This document shows, piece by piece, positions 57,487 to 64,000 of a stretch of DNA of 64,000 nt; the stretch's first letter is position 1, and the number at the start of each line of letters is the position of its first letter. The stretch is from positions 1-64,000 of IMG/VR virus record IMGVR_UViG_3300020477_001932, one strand, 5' to 3'. Made by a program: the position numbers and the translations under genes. The notes beneath the pieces were generated by a model that saw nothing but the letters and a program-made list of their open reading frames with translations, did not search any database and was not told where the DNA came from. Source of the stretch: a virus.

Positions 57487-57519
57487 TTCCTTGTTTATTA
57501 ATTTTTTATATGTTATTAT
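57487..57519 (+). promoter_or_regulatory. sigma70-type promoter, TTCC family
   Basis: TTCC-TTGTTT-N17-TATTAT with TG extension; ATG 6 nt downstream. Confidence 0.65.
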
Positions 57520-57525
57520 TGTTGT

Positions 57526-58635
57526 ATGAAAAATGAAAACATACATATTGGAATAGTTGGAGCTGGAATCATTGGCTCCACAATATATCAACTTTTGGTT
57601 AGTTGTGGAAAGAAGTACCAAGTTTCCATAGCAGATCAAAAGGAAAATAATGATCTCCTCATCAATGATGATAACTATCATAGGTTGACAATCACAAAAC
57701 CAACTTATGATGGTAAATCTACGCAGTTTACTCAATTCGTGCGTAGTAAAGATGTTATCATTAATGCACTCCCCTATCATCAAAATATCAATTTATTTAA
57801 AGCCTGTTTTGAATTGGGCGTTCCATATTTCGATTTATCAGAAGATGATGGTTTGGACAAATTCATAGAAAGTCTAAATATCTTTGACTTGTCTTTTACT
57901 ATGCCTCATTGTGGACTTGCACCTGGTTTATCTACTGTAATAGCAAATGACTTATTACGCATAACATCTAATCCGAAAAATGTTAAAATTCGTGTTGGTG
58001 CATTATCTCAAAATGCAGCTAATAAATTAAGATATTATACTTCTTGGAGTGGTGAGGGTTTAGTTAATGAGTATATTGGTGATTGTCAAGTAATGGAAGA
58101 TGGTGAATATAAAACAGTACCAGCTCTATCTGGATATGAAAAGATTACTTTAGATGGTAGAGAGTATGAGTGTTTTAATACGTCTGGTGGTTTGGGTACT
58201 TATGCTAAATCTTTAGATGATACAAACAAGTCTAATAGAATGTATAAATCATTAAGTGTAGATTATAAAACCATAAGAAGAAATGGCCATCATAATTACG
58301 TTGATTTTCTGTTTAATGATTTGCAATTATCACAACAGGAGCTAACTAGTATATTCAGAAATATTCCACAAACAAGAAAAGATGTTGTTTTACTTTATGC
58401 TTCATGTAGTAGTCCTGGCCATGATGATGAGCATACATATTTTAATATATTCAGACCAAGACAAATTAATGGTAGATGGTTGACAGCTATTCAATATACA
58501 ACAGCTATTGGTTTGGTTGCTATGGTTGAATTATTTTTAGATGGAAAATTGGGAGAAACAGGTTATCGAAAGCAAGAAGAAGTTTTATTGAGTGATGTTT
58601 ATTCTACAACATATGGGAGTTATTATAGAGATTAG
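57526..58635 (+). CDS. saccharopine/lysine 6-dehydrogenase-family oxidoreductase
   Basis: GAGIIG, NALPY, YFDLSED, CGLAPG, WSGEGLVNEY, FNTSGGLGT, YKTIR. Confidence 0.88.
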   Translation: MKNENIHIGIVGAGIIGSTIYQLLVSCGKKYQVSIADQKENNDLLINDDNYHRLTITKPTYDGKSTQFTQFVRSKDVIINALPYHQNINLFKACFELGVPYFDLSEDDGLDKFIESLNIFDLSFTMPHCGLAPGLSTVIANDLLRITSNPKNVKIRVGALSQNAANKLRYYTSWSGEGLVNEYIGDCQVMEDGEYKTVPALSGYEKITLDGREYECFNTSGGLGTYAKSLDDTNKSNRMYKSLSVDYKTIRRNGHHNYVDFLFNDLQLSQQELTSIFRNIPQTRKDVVLLYASCSSPGHDDEHTYFNIFRPRQINGRWLTAIQYTTAIGLVAMVELFLDGKLGETGYRKQEEVLLSDVYSTTYGSYYRD

Positions 58636-58646
58636 GAGTAATTATT

Positions 58647-59648
58647 GTGATGTGTACCTATATTGACATAAAATATATAAATCAGTGCTCTAGTTTACTA
58701 GAAAAGTTTAAACAGAAAACAAGTAATTTATGGAATTTTCGTTGTCCAATATGCGGAGATTCACAAAAGAATAAGAATAAGGCTAGAGGCTTTATTTACG
58801 AAAAACAGAATAAGTATTTTTATCGTTGTCATAATTGTGAGTTTGGAACAAGTTTTAGTAAATTCCTAGAGAAGATTAATCCGTCTTTGCATAGGGAATA
58901 TATAACCGATCAATATAAGGAGAAACGCCTTGTTAAGCAAGATACTGATATTTCTAAGTTTGATTTTGTTCCAAAGTTTAATGATGTCCTTCAAGGATTA
59001 CAATCCATCACTTCTTTGGCAAAAGATCACCCGGCGAGACAATACCTCGCGAAGAGACTGATACCAGAGAAGTTCTTTAGTAAGTTTTATTTTTGCACAG
59101 AATTTAAGAAGTGGACAAATAAAGTAATACCAAATAAATTTCCAACCCCAATTACAGGAGATACACCTAGATTAATCATACCATTCTTTGATAGAAAGAA
59201 TAATTTAATCGGTTTTCAAGGCAGGTCTTTTGATCCAAAAGACGCCTGTAAGTATATAACAATTAAACTGGAAGGAGTTGATGATTTAATATATGGCCAA
59301 GAAAGAATCAACGAAAGGAAACAAAAATATTGTGTAGAAGGCCCATTTGATAGTTTGTTTCTTCCAAATTGTATGGCAATGGCTGGTGTTAAGTTTAATG
59401 TGTTTGATTTGGAAACTATCATAGTGCTGGACAATGAAAAGCGAAATAAAGAGATTGTTCATTCAATAGAGAAGTTTATTACTAATGGTTACAAAGTTTG
59501 TATATGGCCGGATGATATGGAAGGTAAAGATATTAATGAAATGATACTTAATGGAATGACAAGTGAAGAAATTTTAGATATTATAGATAGTAATGTATAT
59601 TCTGGTTTGCAAGCAAGCTTTGCACTTTCTCGGTGGAGAAAATGTTAG
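58647..59648 (+). CDS. gp61: DNA primase
   Basis: NFRCPICGDS..KARG..CHNC, RLIIPF, FQGR, VEGPFDS, KDINEM. Confidence 0.95.
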   Translation: MMCTYIDIKYINQCSSLLEKFKQKTSNLWNFRCPICGDSQKNKNKARGFIYEKQNKYFYRCHNCEFGTSFSKFLEKINPSLHREYITDQYKEKRLVKQDTDISKFDFVPKFNDVLQGLQSITSLAKDHPARQYLAKRLIPEKFFSKFYFCTEFKKWTNKVIPNKFPTPITGDTPRLIIPFFDRKNNLIGFQGRSFDPKDACKYITIKLEGVDDLIYGQERINERKQKYCVEGPFDSLFLPNCMAMAGVKFNVFDLETIIVLDNEKRNKEIVHSIEKFITNGYKVCIWPDDMEGKDINEMILNGMTSEEILDIIDSNVYSGLQASFALSRWRKC

Positions 59649-59657
59649 GAGGCTTAA

Positions 59658-59843
59658 ATGCTAAACAACACACCCGTAGAAGATTATATGGAAGTAAAAT
59701 GTTATTTGGAAGCAATGATTGACCATTATAAACATACAAGCAGTCCAGTTTTAGCAGAAAGAAGAAAAACATATAAAGATATAAAGATAGCAATATTTGG
59801 TGAGGATATAGATGATGGAGATACAAGAAAGAAAAGTACATGA
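59658..59843 (+). CDS. hypothetical protein
   Basis: AGGAGG SD. Confidence 0.6.
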   Translation: MLNNTPVEDYMEVKCYLEAMIDHYKHTSSPVLAERRKTYKDIKIAIFGEDIDDGDTRKKST

Positions 59844-60666
59844 ACATGGTTTTGTTAGATTAGTTGACATTATGGGTAGCGACGGAGATATTGCTGATGC
59901 TGCTCGGGTGAGTTATGGGAAGGGTACCCGAGCGGTGTCAGACAATAGAAATCTCATTCGTTATTTGGTGAGACATAAACATACTAGTCCACTTGAGATG
60001 GCCTCAGTAAAGTTTCATTTGAAACTTCCGATATTTGTTATGAGGCAACTAGTGAGACACCGCACAGCAAAATTAAACGAATACTCTGGTAGATATTCAG
60101 TTATGTCAGATGATTGTTATATACCAGAACAAGAGTATATTCAGCCCCAATCTATGTCAAACAAACAAGGTAGGGATGGGATACTTTCTGATGGATGGAA
60201 AGGTAAATATAGAGATATTATTACAGCCATCCAAGTCAAAGCAGAAATTGCTTATAAATTATTATTAGCAAATGAATCAGTAGAACATGGTGGTTTGACA
60301 AGAGAATTGGCGAGGACAGTTTTACCAGTATCTAATTATACAGAGTGTTACTGGAAGATTGACTTACATAACTTTTTTCATTTTTGTAAGTTGAGAATGG
60401 ATAGTCATGCACAACAAGAAATACAGGATTATGCGATACCAATGTTTGAAATGGTAAAACCACATTTTCCGATTGCAACAAAAGCTTTTGAAGATTATAG
60501 TTTAGGAAGTGTAACATTAAGTAGAATGGAAAGAGATATTTTACAACACACTTTAAAATGCCATCCAGATGCCAAAACATTTTTGTTGAATTTAAAAAAT
60601 TCTCAAGATGTAGAATTTGGAATGGGTAAACGTGAATGGACAGAATTAGAGGAGAAATTCAAGTAA
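59812..60666 (+). CDS. thyX: flavin-dependent thymidylate synthase
   Basis: AARVSY, HTSPLE, RHRTAKLNEYSGRY, LRMDSHAQQEI. Confidence 0.96.
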   Translation: MMEIQERKVHEHGFVRLVDIMGSDGDIADAARVSYGKGTRAVSDNRNLIRYLVRHKHTSPLEMASVKFHLKLPIFVMRQLVRHRTAKLNEYSGRYSVMSDDCYIPEQEYIQPQSMSNKQGRDGILSDGWKGKYRDIITAIQVKAEIAYKLLLANESVEHGGLTRELARTVLPVSNYTECYWKIDLHNFFHFCKLRMDSHAQQEIQDYAIPMFEMVKPHFPIATKAFEDYSLGSVTLSRMERDILQHTLKCHPDAKTFLLNLKNSQDVEFGMGKREWTELEEKFK

Positions 60667-60667
60667 T

Positions 60668-62599
60668 ATGGATATATACCAGCAGTTTATACACAAAAGT
60701 AGATACGCCCGATGGTTAGAGACAGAGAATAGACGAGAGACTTGGGAAGAAACAGTTAAGAGATATTTTGATTTTTTTGAAAAACATTTAAAAGGAAAGA
60801 AAGGAATAAAAGAACAAAGAAAAGAATTAGAACAAGCAGTATTGAATATGGAAATCATGCCGTCAATGAGATCCTTAATGACGGCTGGTGAAGCATTAGA
60901 AAGAGATAACGTAGCTGGATATAATTGTGCTTATCTCGCAGTTAATAAAACAAGAGCATTTGATGAATGTTTATTTATTCTCATGTGTGGAACTGGTGTT
61001 GGATTTTCAGTAGAACGTAGAGAAGTTGAGAAATTACCTGAAGTCCCTGATGAATTATTTGACACGGATACAACTATTGTTGTGGCTGACTCAAAAATTG
61101 GTTGGGCTAAGGCCTATAAAGAATTAATACAGATGTTATATGCTGGACAGATTGCAAAATGGGATATGTCAAAGGTTAGAGCTGCTGGAGAACGATTAAA
61201 AACATTTGGTGGGCGTTCGTCTGGTCAAGAACCATTAGATAATCTTTTTCGTTTTACAGTAGAGATTTTCCAGAGTGCGAAGGGTAGAAAATTATCTTCT
61301 ATTGAATGCCATGATATAATGTGTAAGATTGCAGAGATTGTTGTGGTTGGTGGTGTTCGTAGATCAGCGTTAATTTCTTTGTCTAATCTTACAGATGAAA
61401 GAATGAGAAATGCTAAGACAGGCCAATGGTGGTTGGATAATACTCAACGTGCATTGTCTAATAATTCTGTTTGTTATACAGAGAAACCAGATGTTAATAT
61501 ATTCTTAAAAGAGTGGATGGCACTTATACAATCGAAGTCTGGTGAACGTGGTATCTTTAATCGACAAGCTGCAAAAAAACAAGTAGAGAAACTCGGAGAT
61601 CGTAGAGACGCAGACCATAACTTTGGAACGAATCCATGTAGTGAAATTATATTAAGAGATAAAGAATTTTGTAATTTAACAGAGGTTGTAGTTAGACCAT
61701 CTGATTGTCCCAAAGATTTAAAAGAAAAAGTAAGACTTGCAACTATACTTGGAACATGGCAAGCAACATTAACTAATTTTCGTTACTTGTCAAAAGAGTG
61801 GAAAACAAATTGTGATGAAGAAGCATTATTGGGTGTATCATTAACTGGTATTATGGATAATGAATTTACTAGTGGCTCTTATGATAAGAAAAAAGAAGTG
61901 CAAGCAGTAGTAGATCAGTTACCAGCATTGCTAACAATGTTAAAAGAGATATGTGTTGATACAAATAAAAAAGTTGCTAAACAACTTGGTATTAAACCAT
62001 CTGCAGCTATTACTTGTGTTAAGCCATCTGGTACAGTTTCACAATTAGTTGATGCAGCTTCTGGTATTCATGCAAGACATTCTAAATATTATGTTAGAAC
62101 AGTAAGAGGAGATAAGAAAGACCCTCTTTGTCAATTTTTAGTAGAGAAAGGGATACCCCATGAGTCTGATGTTACAAAACCAGAACATACATGGGTATTT
62201 TCTTTTCCGATTAAAACAGCAGATAGTGCAATATGTAGAAATGACAGGTCTGCTATACAACAATTAGAGTTCTGGAAATTATATCAAGAAAGCTGGTGTG
62301 AACATAAGCCCTCTGTAACAATAACTGTCAAGGAAGATGAGTGGATTGAAGTGGGCGCATGGGTATATAAACATTTTGATATGATTTCTGGAATTTCATT
62401 TTTACCTTATTCAGACCATTCTTATAAACAAGCACCTTATCAGGAATGTGATGAAGAAGAATATAATGCTATGGTAGCAAAGATGCCAACTGATATTGAC
62501 TGGAATGAGTTGTCTAAGTATGAGGTAGAAGATAATACAAGAGGTTCACAAGAATATGCCTGTACGGGTGATAAATGTGAGGTTGTTGATATTAAATAG
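60668..62599 (+). CDS. nrdJ: class II (B12-dependent) ribonucleotide reductase
   Basis: MPSMR, YNC, GGVRRSA, TNPCSEI, CNLTE, TCVKPSGTVSQL, C-terminal CTGDKC; no nrdB adjacent. Confidence 0.92.
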   Translation: MDIYQQFIHKSRYARWLETENRRETWEETVKRYFDFFEKHLKGKKGIKEQRKELEQAVLNMEIMPSMRSLMTAGEALERDNVAGYNCAYLAVNKTRAFDECLFILMCGTGVGFSVERREVEKLPEVPDELFDTDTTIVVADSKIGWAKAYKELIQMLYAGQIAKWDMSKVRAAGERLKTFGGRSSGQEPLDNLFRFTVEIFQSAKGRKLSSIECHDIMCKIAEIVVVGGVRRSALISLSNLTDERMRNAKTGQWWLDNTQRALSNNSVCYTEKPDVNIFLKEWMALIQSKSGERGIFNRQAAKKQVEKLGDRRDADHNFGTNPCSEIILRDKEFCNLTEVVVRPSDCPKDLKEKVRLATILGTWQATLTNFRYLSKEWKTNCDEEALLGVSLTGIMDNEFTSGSYDKKKEVQAVVDQLPALLTMLKEICVDTNKKVAKQLGIKPSAAITCVKPSGTVSQLVDAASGIHARHSKYYVRTVRGDKKDPLCQFLVEKGIPHESDVTKPEHTWVFSFPIKTADSAICRNDRSAIQQLEFWKLYQESWCEHKPSVTITVKEDEWIEVGAWVYKHFDMISGISFLPYSDHSYKQAPYQECDEEEYNAMVAKMPTDIDWNELSKYEVEDNTRGSQEYACTGDKCEVVDIK

Positions 62600-62607
62600 G
62601 AGTTAGT

Positions 62608-62802
62608 ATGGAAGAAGAATATGAAGATGAGATTGTAAAAAGATTTGGATGTGCTGAGTGTGGACATTCGTTTGCTATGGAATGTGAATCACCTGATATG
62701 ATTCCAAGATTTTGTCCATTTTGTGCAGCCCCTGTATATAACAGGGATGTTGATGAAGATGATGAATATGATCTTGAAGATGATTTAGGCTTTCATTTAT
62801 GA
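62608..62802 (+). CDS. small zinc-ribbon protein
   Basis: CAEC..CPFC, acidic tail, AGGAG SD. Confidence 0.7.
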   Translation: MEEEYEDEIVKRFGCAECGHSFAMECESPDMIPRFCPFCAAPVYNRDVDEDDEYDLEDDLGFHL

Positions 62803-63335
62803 CAAGCAAATCCAAAACAAAGGGTAAGAGTTGGGAACGTGATGTTTGCAACTTTCTGTCAGAGCTGTACCATGATTCATTCATAAGAGTACCTAATAGT
62901 GGAGCTTATGTTGGTGGAAAGAATGAATATAGAAAAGATACTCTTTCAGAAGAACAAATCAAGCTGGCAAGAGGCGACATAATACCGCCTACCAAATATC
63001 CATACTTTTTAGCAGAGTGTAAGAATTATGCAGACTTTCCATTTCACTTATTGTTAGCAAAAACCACAATAGCACAACTTGATAATTGGATAGAGCAAGT
63101 CGAGCATGATGTTACAAGTGATAATGATTTATGGTTATTGTTTATAAAGATAACACGAAAGGGTACATATGTTTTATTTGATAGAAATTTATATGATCCA
63201 TATGTTCATAGCAACATATCAGCAAATTTACCATATGGTGCGAAGTACAAAAATTATTGGTTTACTGAAATGAACCATTTTTTCAATTTACACAAAGACA
63301 AACTTGAAATGAGATGGAGGAGTAAGGAAGGTTAA
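62799..63335 (+). CDS. Holliday junction resolvase-like PD-(D/E)xK nuclease
   Basis: [26 protein letters not shown]. Confidence 0.8.
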   Translation: MTSKSKTKGKSWERDVCNFLSELYHDSFIRVPNSGAYVGGKNEYRKDTLSEEQIKLARGDIIPPTKYPYFLAECKNYADFPFHLLLAKTTIAQLDNWIEQVEHDVTSDNDLWLLFIKITRKGTYVLFDRNLYDPYVHSNISANLPYGAKYKNYWFTEMNHFFNLHKDKLEMRWRSKEG

Positions 63336-63361
63336 TTATTAATAACAATGAAAGGAGTATT

Positions 63362-64000
63362 ATGAAAAAGATTGTATTATTTTTATTAATGTTTATATTA
63401 CCAACTGGTGTATTTGCAGAGGATAAAATCAAAATAGGTGTTTTACATTCACTATCTGGAACAATGGCTATTAGTGAAACATCATTGAAAGATGTTGCAT
63501 TGATGGCAATAGAAGAAATCAATGAAAGTGGTGGATTACTTGGAAAACAATTAGAGCCAGTTGTAGTTGACCCTGCCTCAGATTGGCCGTTGTTTGCAGA
63601 GAAGGCAAGAGAGTTAATCCAGAAACATAAAGTTGCAGTAACATTTGGTTGTTGGACTTCTGTTTCAAGAAAATCCGTTCTTCCAGTATTTGAAGAACAC
63701 AATGGATTATTGTTCTATCCAGTACAATACGAAGGTGAGGAAAGTTCTTACAATGTATTCTATACTGGTGCAGCTCCAAATCAACAAGCAATTCCTGCTG
63801 TTGAATATTTAATGAGTGAAGATGGTGGTGGTGCAAAACGATTTGTTTTGTTGGGTACAGATTATGTATATCCAAGAACCACTAATAAAATACTCAATTA
63901 CTTCTTAAGGTCAAAGGGTGTTAATGCAAAAGATGTTTTAGAAGTATATACACCGTTTGGTCATAGTGATTATCAAACTATTGTTGCAGAAATTAAAAAG
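63362..64000 (+). CDS. urtA: urea ABC transporter substrate-binding protein UrtA (3' truncated by window)
   Basis: Manual translation: signal peptide, [83 protein letters not shown]; AAGGAG SD. Confidence 0.93.
   Translation, partial: MKKIVLFLLMFILPTGVFAEDKIKIGVLHSLSGTMAISETSLKDVALMAIEEINESGGLLGKQLEPVVVDPASDWPLFAEKARELIQKHKVAVTFGCWTSVSRKSVLPVFEEHNGLLFYPVQYEGEESSYNVFYTGAAPNQQAIPAVEYLMSEDGGGAKRFVLLGTDYVYPRTTNKILNYFLRSKGVNAKDVLEVYTPFGHSDYQTIVAEIKK

Noticed and set aside
1-64000. Introns, inteins, recoded stops, tRNAs
   Set aside because: Core genes (gp17, gp43, gp41, nrdJ, thyX) are normal length and uninterrupted in the standard code; no cloverleaf seen in the short intergenic gaps, though tRNAscan/Infernal was not run

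Overview
64 kb of a large, AT-rich T4-like myophage, probably marine, with every credible gene on the + strand. In order: neck, packaging, tail and head genes (gp13-gp23, gp3); uvsY/uvsW, dUTPase, late sigma gp55, gp47/gp46; an accessory block (proline dehydrogenase, Hsp20, PiT-like transporter, peptidase-vWA plus MoxR AAA pair, LPP20-like proteins); and the replication operon (gp45, gp44, gp62, regA, gp43, uvsX, gp59, gp41). An ~8 kb island splits gp44 from gp62. It carries a DUF262-HNH (GmrSD-like) gene and a 7-deazaguanine pathway (queE, PRTase, queD, folE, queC, TGT/dpdA-like). A late-promoter cluster follows in which five proteins start with a T4-type capsid-targeting-like decapeptide. 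Three of them look like enzymes: a PD-(D/E)xK-like protein, a protein with ligase-type KxDG motifs, and a nucleotidyltransferase. The window ends with an S8 protease, lysis-like membrane proteins, a saccharopine/lysine dehydrogenase, primase, ThyX, class II RNR, a resolvase and a truncated urea-binding UrtA that the ORF track omits. Non-coding signals are gp55-type TATAAATA promoters, an 8-copy TTCC-TTGTAT-N17-TATAAT promoter family (several apparently leaderless), palindromic operator-like sites and intrinsic terminators. No tRNA, CRISPR array, intron or intein was seen. All protein calls come from motif recognition by eye, not database searches.
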